A DNA stretch of 63,329 bases, filler included, from Octopus bimaculoides (GCF_001194135.2; 3 parts of 3 records of this genome joined end to end with filler, not necessarily neighbours in it); one strand, 5' to 3'; shown: positions 51,969 through 63,329, counted from the whole stretch's first letter. Notes: generated from the letters alone by a model not told the origin. Translations and numbers: made by a program.

Positions 51969-52439
51969 ACAATTACATTAAACCAATCTAAACTTTCGAA
52001 AATATATTTCTACAAAATGCCATTTTAAAAATATGAATTTTAAAGAAAGTTAGGAGGAAACAAAAAGGGTAAAGGAAAGAATGATCCAGCCATTCATCTT
52101 CTCAGTCCACTATTCCTAGAAGTCCTCGGGTAGCTCCTTCATATGGTTCTATCGAAAGCAACCGTCATTACGCTTTCTTGCTGGATTCCAAAGCGTGGCC
52201 AATTGAGACGATGAACATTATCTAATCATCTCACTCCTCTCAATGTACTTTTTTAAAAAATATTATCAACATAATTGCATTCTTCATTCTCGTACACATA
52301 TCTCTGGAAATTTCTATTAAAAACACATTCCTTCGAAAGTTATGCAAGAACAAAGTCGTGGGGTACTAATTTGTAGTTATGCCGCGAAAACCCGCAAAAG
52401 CTGCCGGGGTTTGGGACGTCAAAGGTAAATACAGAACGC

Positions 52440-52635
52440 AAACCATTTTGTCTAATGTCCTGATAGTCAGGCCAATCGACAGTCTTGGACTGGTTCTTTA
52501 TTTTATTAACCACTCAAAGATGAAATTGCTCCCTCCAAAACCTTTATTGCATCCGTTGACAACAGTAAAGTTGACCTCGATGGGATTTGAACTCCGAACG
52601 TAAGGAGCCAAAACGTACATCGTTAGCAGTTGCCT
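52440..52635 (-). mobile_element. SINE family B, degenerate
   Basis: GTAAAGTTGACCTCGATGGGATTTGAACTCCGAACGTAA plus CTGGTTCTTTATTTTATTAAC. Confidence 0.65.
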
Positions 52636-52684
52636 CAAACTCCAAATTTCAGAGTTAAACAGATGGGTTTTGTGAAGGGAAAAG

Positions 52685-52759
<75 letters not shown>

Positions 52760-53214
52760 GAATGTATACAGGAAATAAGAGGCTGACAACAGCAACAACA
52801 TTGTAATAACATTTACAGTAGCAACAACACAGAGCCATTGAGAAAGTTTCATATGTGGTCACTAGAAATAACAGCTAAACTGTATATATAACAGGTGTTG
52901 TTATGGTAGTAGTGTCACAAAACGTGTGCTGTCAGCATCATAACGAAATACAAGCTCAATGGCTACTTCCATTAATACGTTCGACTTTAATCCGACTTAA
53001 TCTGTTTCTGACTGTCCATTATCAGATATAAAACTAGATTATATACGACCAGATTAAATATAAGGATGTTGCAACAATAGAATTAATATAAATAAACTTT
53101 ACCTACTTTAGTGTGGCTTGTATTCTGACTATATTCACCTGTATACACCCACAAGACACAACCCTGATTCTGCTTATTTGGTTTGTGTGTGTGCGCGCGC
53201 GTATGTAATACAGA

Positions 53215-53393
53215 TTTCAAATTTTGGCACAAGGCCAGCAATTTCGGCCCGTGTTCAACCGGTACATATTTTATCGACCCCGAAAGGATGAAAGGCATAA
53301 TCGATCACGGTGAAATTTGAACTCAGAGCGTAAACACGGACGAAATGCAAAGTATTTTGCCCGGCGCGCTAACGACTCTACCAGCTCCCCGCC
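53215..53393 (-). mobile_element. SINE family B, CpG-intact
   Basis: AAATTTTGGCACAAGGCCAGCAATTTCG...ATCGACCCCGAAAGGATGAAAGGC...GAAATTTGAACTCAGAGCGTAA...CCCGGCGCGCTAACG. Confidence 0.85.
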
Positions 53394-53562
53394 CTATGCA
53401 TATAAATGATATACAATTTAAACGAGTTAACTTCTAGGTGTCACACAACATGTTAGAAATAGCAGCTAAATCTTCCTCAGATTATATTAGATAAGGTGGT
53501 CCCTAGATACACTGTGGTTGACAAAAGTTTAGACTGGATAACTACACCTGGAACACAGCATC

Positions 53563-53860
53563 ATAGCTCTTCTAGATAAGCGCTGATCTGAACTGGACAA
53601 TGTTACCCCACACCTAGCTACACAACATCTCAATAAAAGGTTGGATGGTCACAGCTCAAACACCTTTGATAATTGCTCTTCTGGATGAAGTCTGCCCTAA
53701 AGTGGACAATGTTGCCCTATACCCAAGATACACATCTGAATAAAAGACATGGATGGTCATAGCTCTTCGGATGAGGGCTGACCTGAAGTGGACAACGTTG
53801 CTCTACACTCAAGATGTACAGCATTTAAATAAATGACAGGATGGCCACAACCGGAACATC
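53563..53860. repeat. Degenerate tandem repeat, three ~90-110-bp units
   Basis: Recurrent TAGCTCTTCTGGAT.AG..CTG..CT.AAGTGGACAATGTTGCCC.ACAC.CAAG.TACACA.CAT.T.AATAAA...GGATGGTCA. Confidence 0.75.
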
Positions 53861-54483
53861 TTTGATCATAAGTCTTGTGGATAAAGACCTGGCATTTTTT
53901 AAAGCCAGCCGCCCTCACGAACATGTACCATGCTTGGTAACATGTACCATGTATTCGCAAATTGTTTTAGGTGCCAGACAGATACCCGCTTGATTCTCTC
54001 AACCTTTGACTAGCACTTGACAGGTTACTCATTTACAGCCGAGTACATTGGGCCAATGTGAAATGAAGTGACTTGTTGAAGGAGATCTCAACATGACGCC
54101 CAGTCCAGTAATCGAACCCAGGACATTATGATGTTGAGCCGAACACACTGAGGCACAAGGCCACGTACTCCAACCAACATGATGTAGGAGGGACGGGTTT
54201 TAAACCACCACACAACAATAGAAATTCTTTCTACTACAGGCACAGAGCTTCAAATTTTACGAGTGAAGCCTAGTCGATTACATCGAACCCAGTGATTGAC
54301 TGGTACTTATTTTATCGACCCCATAAGAACGAAGTGGTGACTTTGCATCTTATCCTTTCCAGATCAATAAAATAAAGTACCAGTCAACACTGGGATTGGT
54401 GTAATTGACTGGCCTTCTCTTCTAAAATTGCAGGCTTTGTGCCAAAATTTGAAACAACAACGATGATAAAAATAACAACATAC

Positions 54484-54920
54484 TTCTCAAAGACTTCATC
54501 AAGTTTAGCTCGTCGAGCCTCATACGGCATTTCGTCCAAATCCTCCAGGTCTCCCATGAATATTTCCTGTCGGAACCTCTGGTTTAAATGGCCATCTTGT
54601 TCCATTTTCACACCGTCCAAGTGGTCAGGTACGGCCAGGTTATCGACAGTATCCATATTCAACGACTTGGCCGTAACCAGGCAGCTGGACAAACACCAAC
54701 TGGACACCAGAACGAGAACCAATATATTCAGTATACTCCTGTTGGTAAAATAACCCGACTGCCACCTGCTACAACTAACATCGGTGTTGTGGCTGGTATG
54801 GTCATTAATGTTGTGACAATCGCTGATGGTGTTGTTATTGGTAATGGAAGTAGTGGCTGCCATGCAGTTCTTTTCTTTCTCTCTCATCGAACTGTTGTGA
54901 TCTAAGTTAGTTGACAGCAT
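54484..54920 (-). CDS. SDF4: 45 kDa calcium-binding protein Cab45 (CREC family), first coding exon; start codon uncertain
   Basis: VPDHLDGVKMEQDGHLNQRFRQEIFMG...RRAKLDEVFEK versus recalled human [27 protein letters not shown]...RRKLMVIFSK. A hydrophobic segment ILNILVLVLVSSWCLSSCLVTA precedes it. Phase-2 donor AA|GTATGT at 54484/54483. Downstream EF-hand exons were not found in the window. Confidence 0.92.
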
Positions 54921-55013
54921 GATTACGTTTGTTTGTTCAGGGCTTCACACATCTACATACGTACTGAGGTGTGCGCGTATGTATATACTGTGTGTATATA
55001 TAAGAATGTGTGC

Positions 55014-55051
<38 letters not shown>

Positions 55052-56292
55052 NNNNNNNNNNNNNNNNNNNNNNNNNNNNNNNNNNNNNNNNNNNNNNNNN
55101 NNNNNNNNNNNNNNNNNNNNNNNNNNNNNNNNNNNNNNNNNNNNNNNNNNNNNNNNNNNNNNNNNNNNNNNNNNNNNNNNNNNNNNNNNNNNNNNNNNNN
55201 NNNNNNNNNNNNNNNNNNNNNNNNNNNNNNNNNNNNNNNNNNNNNNNNNNNNNNNNNNNNNNNNNNNNNNNNNNNNNNNNNNNNNNNNNNNNNNNNNNNN
55301 NNNNNNNNNNNATATATAATAACAAAGTTTGCAGTAACAAGGAAGCAGCCTTAACAGCAGCAGCAGCAATAATAATTAATATGAGATAGTATTAAAGACT
55401 ATTAGACGGGCTTTTGCGTCTGTTAGTCGGTAGGTAGGTGTGTTGTTATAAGGCACAGAATTTCGGCTGAGTGAAGCCGATCTGTGAGTGAGAGATTTGC
55501 AACGTGGCAATGACACACCATGGTAGTTAGGACAGAGCAGCTCTATCATTCATAATTTCGGGTGGGGGTTTCGAATCTCTCACCATCCTACTACTACTTC
55601 CGTTAGCTACCTCCCCTTCTTCCTTCCACCATCACTACTGGCACTGCTGCTACTTCTCCTTCTGTCTGTTTCTTTCTTCCCCTTCATCCTTTCCTCTTTA
55701 TCACACTTCAACTACATAACCGCATATCTCTATCTTTTAATACATTCTTCCTCCGCTCCTGGAAAAAATCCTTTTTTATCCTCTGTCTAACCTTAATTTA
55801 TTTTTTTTACAAAATAAATATAAACATAAACATTACATAAAATATTTTTATTTGTTTTCAATTAAACAGCTAAAGTGAGTAAATATTTCAGTTCAGTTTT
55901 GTTTAATTCAGAGACAAATATATATATATATATATATTTAAATATAAGCCTGCAAAGAATTTGTTATATTTTACTGTATATAATATACATACATATAAAA
56001 ATATATATCGAATATATAGTGTGTATATTGAGTATTTATGTTGTATAAACTGAATATGTTCTATTATAGTGTCGATAAATAAGGCGGAAGAATATGTTAG
56101 AGTGTTATAAATCCGGTTGAGAGAATGAGGTGCAGCAAGAGTAAGAGTTAGTGAGAGAGAGAAAAGAGTCAGTATGCGAGAAAGTAATAGAAAGAAAAGA
56201 GTTAGTAAGCGAGAAAGTAATAGAGAGGGTAAGAGTGACTGAGAAGGTAGGAGGGAGCGAGAAAGAGACAAGACTGTAAGGTCCTAGTCAAG
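54921..56292. promoter_or_regulatory. Probable bidirectional promoter and 5' UTR region shared by SDF4 and cyclin L
   Basis: The divergent start codons are only 1372 bp apart in the assembly (includes a ~260-N gap), in a CpG-retaining region free of SINEs. Transcription start sites cannot be placed from sequence. Confidence 0.7.
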
Positions 56293-56496
56293 ATGTCGGA
56301 GAACAAACAGCTTGTGTCTTCTCGTCGTACTTTTAGCAAAGTAGTGATTACTTTAGAAAATATTCTACTACCAGAAGAAAGATTGTCGCCAACACCATCT
56401 ATGCAAGATGGTCTAGCATACGAGGTAGAAATAGATTTACGTATTATCGGCTGTGAGATGATACAGACTGCTGGCATCTTGTTGAAGTTACCTCAG
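56293..56496 (+). CDS. CCNL: Cyclin L (CCNL1/2 orthologue), coding exon 1, 204 nt
   Basis: MSENK...FSKVVITLENILLPEERLSPTPSMQDGL...DLRIIGCEMIQTAGILLKLPQ versus recalled human IPEERLSPTPSMQDGL...DLRILGCELIQAAGILLRLPQ; donor CAG|GTAAGG. Confidence 0.96.
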
Positions 56497-56857
56497 GTAA
56501 GGTGGACGACGCCATCTTTGATCCTCTCACATTATTTCCATCACGTTTTTCCACTCAGTTTTATGCATCTCTTCTCGCTCCTTGCTTTGATTTACATACA
56601 AAATATGTATCTTTTTTCTCTGCCATACACTCTATTCCGATTACAATGTCTCTCTTACTCCTTCACGTCTTTTAATTCTCACTCAACCTTTTTCTACTTC
56701 GCTATTCTCGGTCCTTCTTGTCTGTCGCCGGGTATCCGAGGCTTTTACCCTTCGAAAATTCAAATTACTCTTCCCATTACACATTTTTACTCATATATAT
56801 AGTTAAATAGAAGTGTATAAATGCGATTCCTTATTCAAGACATACATCATAACCAAT

Positions 56858-56905
<48 letters not shown>

Positions 56906-58179
56906 TATAAATAGTTTTGCTTAATAGCTTCATTAATTCTGAGAAAAAAAATATAGAAGCAGGCACTCATATTAGGTAATGGAGTTGGTATATTATTATT
57001 TAAACAGTTTTATAAAATTTAGTCTTCTCACTCATACCACACACAAATGGTTTCATCTTCACCTTCCAAGTGTGGAAAGGTAAATTAACGGTCGTTATAC
57101 ATGGCCAAATGGATTGATATTATATCTATATATGGGTACATATGGGTTTATATCCTTGGGTAGAGTCGCGGCCAAAAGAGTAAAGACCAAGGATACTCGC
57201 TTGCTATTTTCTAATGTCTCCCAATTATTTCATAATTTCTAATTCACAAATACAGAATGCATTTCCCTTCCTTATTTTCACACTTTCCTTATCAATTTAA
57301 ATGTCTCTTCAATCCAATATATATTTTATGTATCAGAGATCCCACATATACGCCAGATTATATGCTAACCCCTCTATCATGTATCATTCAGTCTCTTTTT
57401 GTCAACATCGCATCCGATGGCTTTTAAAATATCTCTGCACATTAAATTTCATGTCTTTCTATTGTAGCTTCTTAGTCTCTCTCATCATATATTCATATTC
57501 TTTCTATTTCCTAACCCATACAAAATATACATCAAACTTTATATCCACTGAGAAATATGTTATTTTAAATAACCTTTTTATGGTCTATTTGATAACTTTA
57601 ATTCAATTTACAAAGCAGCAGTCGCTATCTTAACCTTTTCTCTATTAAATGTACTAAAACTAGACCAACTCGGTGTAAACCAGGAGGTCATCATCCTATG
57701 TACAGACTTGATCAGTAACTCAACCTCATTGTTTTAGATCCTGCTTAATATGTTTTCACACAGACCCTTGCTAAATTTCCTCTCATTCCAGTTATATTCT
57801 CCCCGACTTCACAGAATGTTCCTCTCTTTAAATACCAGAATTCAAAATACTCCTCTATGGTACCATAATACCATACTGATCTCCCCCCTCTCTCTCTTGC
57901 TGCTTTAGCAACATTATTCCTTTATCCAAATATACTACTATATATGTATGAGAACTCCCATTAGATCATCACTAGTTGCCTCAGGTTGTAAACTTACGGG
58001 TGAGGAGGGGGTGCCCCCCCCACCATATTTCTTGAGATTTTCTGTTCACCAGCCCAGTAACATCTCTCTCTATTTATTATTATGCTAACATTATTATGTC
58101 CGAGCTACATTTTCGGCCCCCACCACTATACAGATCATTATCATCATCATCTATTTGTTCCTTCTTTCTTTTCATCTAG

Positions 58180-58254
58180 GTTGCAATGGCAACAGGACAA
58201 GTCCTATTCCAGAGGTTTTATTACTCCAAGTCATTTGTGAAACACAACATGGAG
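58180..58254 (+). CDS. CCNL: Cyclin L coding exon 2, 75 nt
   Basis: Acceptor cttctttcttttcatctAG; [25 protein letters not shown]; donor GAG|GTTAGT; phase 0/0. Confidence 0.96.
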
Positions 58255-58584
58255 GTTAGTTTGAAATATTCAGTTTTCAGAATCACTTTCATTTCTCACT
58301 TGGAACAATTCTCTTCATTCTATATATAGCATGTCATGATGGTGCCCGTTACAACTCGCATCAGGAGCTAGGGGACCTCTATCCATCCACCCCACTCTAC
58401 TCACTTTCTCCATATATAAGCATGCTGTATGTAACTTTGGAGTTGATCATGAATTTTTAAAACAGCAACATATTAAAAAAAAATTTATAGTTGTAATAAT
58501 TTCTTAATGATGAAAATGATTAGCTGTTCACATAACTATCTTAATTTTTTTTCTCTCGTATGTATATTATATNNNNNNNNNNNN

Positions 58585-58618
<34 letters not shown>

Positions 58619-61070
58619 GAATAATCGTTATGGTAATATAAATGCATAGGAATTCCACAAGGTGCTTTTATTGAAGATGGGAGTGTGTGATTTGAGAAAG
58701 ATTTTCTTGCTATTTTTAGTGGATCGAGCTTATACCACGTAGCTCTTGGCTGATGGATTTCGTTAGAGAGTTCTGAATTCTTTTGACATTATATAGGATG
58801 ATTTCGGACTGAATTGTTGAAACGTTGTTTAATTTTAAGTGAGTATTGGTCGTGTGACATAAGTATATATCATCCTGTTTGCTGTAATGTCCCGAAAATA
58901 GAAACATCGAAGCCATTGAAATATTTCTTTGCTTTGTTTAAAGCTGACTTTTTTCGGAGGAAACCGTTGGTGTTTTTTTTCTCTTCTCTCCCTCTCTTTA
59001 TATATATGTATATATACACAGTGTGTTGAACTATAAGAAGTAGAAATAATTGAAATTTAGCACGTTCACTTCATTAACTGATTAGATTTTTCTAGCCTGT
59101 ATTAAGCGATCGTGACGTTGGTAGATGAGTGTGTATGTGTGTATATATGTGTTTAATTATAGGTATGGAATTAATTGTATTTTTATATCGTTCATTAACT
59201 GTTGATAATCATGTGTGTGCATGTTTCTTATCTCAGTCTGTTATATATATATATAATTTATTTCCCCCCCCCCCTCGAATGATGTTTATTGTTTCCCCCC
59301 TTATGTGGCGAAAGATGTTTTTCTCTGTTGTAATAATCCATGGCAGCAGTGGAATGGCTGATGGGATTCCATTTCATGTTTGAATAGATCGATTTATGTT
59401 TTATTATTCATTTAAATTTAGTTCATTTTATTACATGAGCAATTACGTTCAGAAACCGGCGGCCATGTGGGAAACAACGGTTGACGTGTTAATTCCTTCC
59501 CCAATCCCATATCACACAGCATATGAGTGTCGCAAAAGGAAATGGTTTCGTCCACCACAGTAGAGCTGGATGTTAATGGTGTTGTGACAGCATCAAGTGT
59601 TTCGTCTGTTGTATCGATCCCGGATGTATGAACGAACATCCGGCATTGGGAACCTTGACCAAATTCTATCCCGTAAATGTATAAAATAATACTAAAGGCA
59701 TATCTTTCCCGACATCCTACATATTGACCTCCTTTTTCTCCTCGTGTCTACTTTTTATATTTTGAAATGGTTCGCTTCTGTTCTAGTAGTAATGATAATA
59801 ATAATCGATTGCAAATGGTTCCTTTATTAAATTAGCGGTATAAAATATTATTGTATAGTGGAGGTGTTACTTAGCTTCTCTGTTCAGTCCTGAGACATTC
59901 CACGCGTGACCATCCTGTGCAGCCACTTTTTTTTTTTGCGTTGTATACCTTTTGTATCTAATTATATCCGTTGAACGATCGGGTACACAATGCTCTGTTG
60001 TTAGCGACAAATAAAATGTTGAAGTTTTGAATGGTGGATCATAGCAGAGAGAAAGAGAGAGAGGAGAGCTGTGTGATTTGTTAGCTATGGTCGGTGGTGG
60101 TGGTCACTGATACGGTGGAGGGTAGGTAGGATGGAAAGAATATGGTTTATGTGTGTGTATACATTGAAGTTTATTGTTGGTTAATTTGAATTGTTTCACG
60201 TGTTTGCGAATTTATGTCCCCCCCCACTTCCATCCTAGATTTGATGATCCAATATGTCTTCCCACCTCGTCTCTTGGCTATCTGTATTTAATTGATTCTG
60301 TTCTGTGAGCTTCGACGTACTTCCGTTTGTATGTTCTTTGTTCGATCATCGTCGTTTGTGTATATGTGTAATCGCCACCACCCGTCGATCTGTCTCTCTA
60401 TTGTCTATATATAGACGTTGGTAACTAATTGCCCTACTTACCACCGGAAATATATAGAGTATGACTGGAGTTGTGTGTGCACACATATGTGTTTCGTGCG
60501 TAGGACCATCTTCCGACTCGTATATATAATCTTATAGTTCCAGCTCGGAGGCTGCGGCTACGCTGGGGCACGTCTCTACAGTTAAGCAGACGGCCCTAAT
60601 CCAATTTAATAATTTAAATCAATGAAATTGAGGCATGGTGTGACAATCTTCCTCTCTGCGATTCCAGTGGATGTTTGGATTTCCTCGCCTTCCTCAACAT
60701 CCATTTTTCACTCAGCCGGATTTCTTCTCCTCTTCCCTCCTTCTTCTTGTATATATATGCGTCTTTGACGTCGACTGAGTACGGTTATTTTTGTGGGGGG
60801 GGGGGGTAGTTTCTACCCACTCCGACTCGTGTAACAGTTGGTGTGTATCGCTGCTGACTCATTTGTGAGATAGATGTTCTGTAGTTGGTGCGTGTATTCA
60901 TCGTCCACTGCCAAAAAAACATTTATCGATAATAAATGATTATCCATTGTTATAAATAAATCAAGGGTTCTGTGTTTTATTGCCAAAATGTGTTGCTCAG
61001 TGAAGTAGTTGTAGGAAGTGTTGTGTGCTTTGACTCCCTAAAATCAGCACTGATTGCTATGTTGTTACAG

Positions 61071-61180
61071 GTAGTAGCAATGGCTTGTATGAACCTGGCG
61101 TCGAAAATAGAGGAATGTCCTCGAAGGATTCGAGATACGATAAACGTTTTCCACCATATAAAGCAGTTACGAAGTGGAAA
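61071..61180 (+). CDS. CCNL: Cyclin L coding exon 3, 110 nt; the gene continues beyond the window
   Basis: Acceptor tgttgttacAG; [36 protein letters not shown](K); donor AA|GTAAGT. Confidence 0.96.
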
Positions 61181-62504
61181 GTAAGTATTGTCTTCAGTAT
61201 ATTTTTATTTTTTATCATTTTTATTGTTGTTTTTAAATGCCATAGTGTTCTATGTTATTTGCAATAAACTAGCTCAGATCTAAATTTAACGGATTCAAAG
61301 AATCCAGGAAATTAATTTTGGTCATCATTATGGTGTGACTATTGATAGGCCTAGTCCTACTCTCACTCTCTCTCTCTCTCTTTTTGAGAAGTGAAAAGAC
61401 ACATCTTTGTGTCTCGTGGCATGGATTAAGGCTTTTGACTTGTCACGTGAATTTTTCTGTTGGCACAGGGATCAGCTAGTCTTTATATCCAAGGCTGGTA
61501 TTATTTCAGAGTCAACATGTTTGAGTAAAAGGACCATGTTTCATGGTTAGCAAGTATTTTCTCAATGGTTATTGTAACAAAAGATGTCCTCCCACGAGAG
61601 ACTAGAATGTTTCTGGGAATAATGAGAAAAAGCGGAGGGTGGGTGGTTAGTTGAGTGGGACTGGCAGTATATGTTGACCAATTCTGTTTTTTCAGAGTGT
61701 CCTGTCCTTATTTTCACTAAAGATGGAATAATTTTTCACAAGCACTGGGACAGTGGATAAATTTAAAGAAGAGAGCTGGAGAATTGTCTTACTGAAAAAT
61801 GTCAAATATGCCTAGGGCCTCATTGCTGGTCCCCTAGATAATGAAGAGTTAATTGGTCTTGGTGACCCTACTTTAGATGTTACAGTTGTTTAGTTCATCT
61901 CAGTTCTAATTGAGTATATAGATCTATGATAAAAGCCAATCCAGATATGACAATCCCTGTCTTTTATCCAGACAGTGTGTCTAGGGTTACATTATCTTAT
62001 ATTCTTTTTGAAGACAGTAGGTGTGTTTTGAGGGAGATATGGTTGCTTTTTCTAGCAGGTCGTGTAGAGGTTTCCCTCAGTGGCTTGACCCAACATGTAA
62101 GTGGTTAAACAGAAGTGATGACCTCCTAACTATAAAGAAACATTTGTTCCAGTAATTTCTATGTAAATATTGAGATCTTCATAAATCCTTCCCTCCCTCC
62201 TAGGAGTTTGAAAAAACTTAATATATGTATATATATATATATGAATATTGAATGTGTGTGTATATATGCAAATTGAATGCATGTTTGTGTGGACATGTAA
62301 TATATACATATTATGTATAACATAATATGCATATTGAATGTGTATGAATATGTATGTATAACCCTGTTATTTAAATATTGGTTGCTTTTTTGCATTTTTG
62401 CATTCTAAGTAAACCTGTTTGCTGATAACGGGTTCGATATATGAGAAATTGTTGTATAAGCATGAAACACCTTTTTAATTGGAATAGTATTGTTATTAAG
62501 GCTG

Positions 62505-62715
62505 CACGCTGGCAACCGTCAGTGTTGAACAAAATGTTTTGAGGCATTTTTTCTGGCTCTTGATGTTTGGAGTTCAAATACCGCCAAGGTCAACTTTGCC
62601 TTTCATCCTTTCGGGGGTCGATAAAATAAAGTACCAGTCAAGTACTGGGGTTGGTGTAATCAACTAACTTCCTTCACCCTAAAATTGTTGGCCTTGTGCC
62701 AAAATCTGAAACCAT
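62505..62715 (+). mobile_element. SINE family B in cyclin L intron 3
   Basis: GAGTTCAAATACCGCCAAGGTCAACTTTGCCTTTCATCCTTTCGGGGGTCGATAAAATAAAGTACCAG...GGCCTTGTGCCAAAATCTGAAACC. Confidence 0.85.
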
Positions 62716-62896
62716 TGTTGTTGCTATTGTTGCAACCAATTTTGCTGCTGCTCCCATCTCAAATCAGTTGACTTTGACTCAGATTTTCCTTTTTTATTTT
62801 TTAAAATTTTTGTTGCACTTTTTTCCTCAAGTATTTATTTCAGTATAATTAATTGGTGTAATTGAGTGTTTTAACTCACTTATGGTCAGTATATGG

Positions 62897-62928
<32 letters not shown>

Positions 62929-63329
62929 TAAACTGTTTCCATATGAAATGTCATCTTTTCTGCTTTTCCATCCATCCTTCCCCCAGTATTTTTTTTTTTT
63001 GTCAAAGGTGGTGGTAGGGTGGTTACATTATTTTTTAAAATTTTAATAAATATTTGTCTGTATATTGTTAAAATGTATGTAAAATGTGTTAACTAGTTTT
63101 GCTTAAATTAGAAGATGCTCATCTATTTATGATGTTACTGTTGGTAACACTTGACCATCTCTGATTAGGTTTTCTTTTTTGCTGCATTGCACAGCTCTAA
63201 ATGGAGTGTCAATGATGTTACCTGGCTGATCCTGTGTGGTCATGGGCTAGACACGTCGTCTCCTCCACTGGCTTTACCTGGCTCATGAACCACATCCTAG
63301 ATGCCATGGTTTGTATATTATCTGCACTG

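Noticed and set aside
52080-52250. Faint Tc1-like NVHRLNWP motif on the minus strand
   Set aside because: The rest of the catalytic motif is absent; too degraded to call.
58322-58432. Possible box C/D snoRNA (terminal stem TAGCATG/CATGCTG, ATGATGG)
   Set aside because: Imperfect C box and no CTGA D box near the 3' stem.
60480-60585. Possible H/ACA snoRNA ending ACAGTT in cyclin L intron 2
   Set aside because: Two convincing hairpins with pseudouridylation pockets could not be drawn by eye; kept only as part of the intron finding.

Overview
Gapped, AT-rich eukaryotic genomic DNA, most likely from an octopus (inferred from the SINE/RTE repeat repertoire, microsatellite load and protein similarity; species not determinable here). 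Three protein-coding genes are supported by splice-site-bounded exons. (1) Two exons of an HSF2BP/MEILB2 orthologue (minus, 33754-33877 and 24089-24192). (2) The first coding exon of SDF4/Cab45 (minus, 54484-54920). (3) The first three coding exons of cyclin L (plus, 56293-56496, 58180-58254, 61071-61180), head-to-head with SDF4 across about 1.4 kb. The rest is intronic or intergenic and dense in repeats: several tRNA-derived SINE families, RTE LINE 3' ends, two Penelope-like (GIY-YIG) fragments, a Penelope-type repeat fragment carrying a truncated hammerhead ribozyme core, an R4/Dong-like ORF, a DD37D (maT) transposon relic, TTAA MITEs and microsatellites. Two artificial 100-bp spacers (44 N + TTAATTAATTAA + 44 N) split the window into three separately assembled blocks, so long-range gene order is uncertain. 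Most long ORFs in the supplied track are artefacts of N runs or microsatellites. No prokaryote-type system (CRISPR, operon) is present, and I found no strong evidence for a wholly new system. The best leads are the invertebrate HSF2BP with its BRCA2-binding arginine intact, the divergent SDF4-cyclin L pair, the SINE-poor cyclin L introns, the hammerhead motif, a 119-nt hairpin and a 5'-inverted Penelope copy. Human protein comparisons are from memory, not database searches, and repeat boundaries are approximate.
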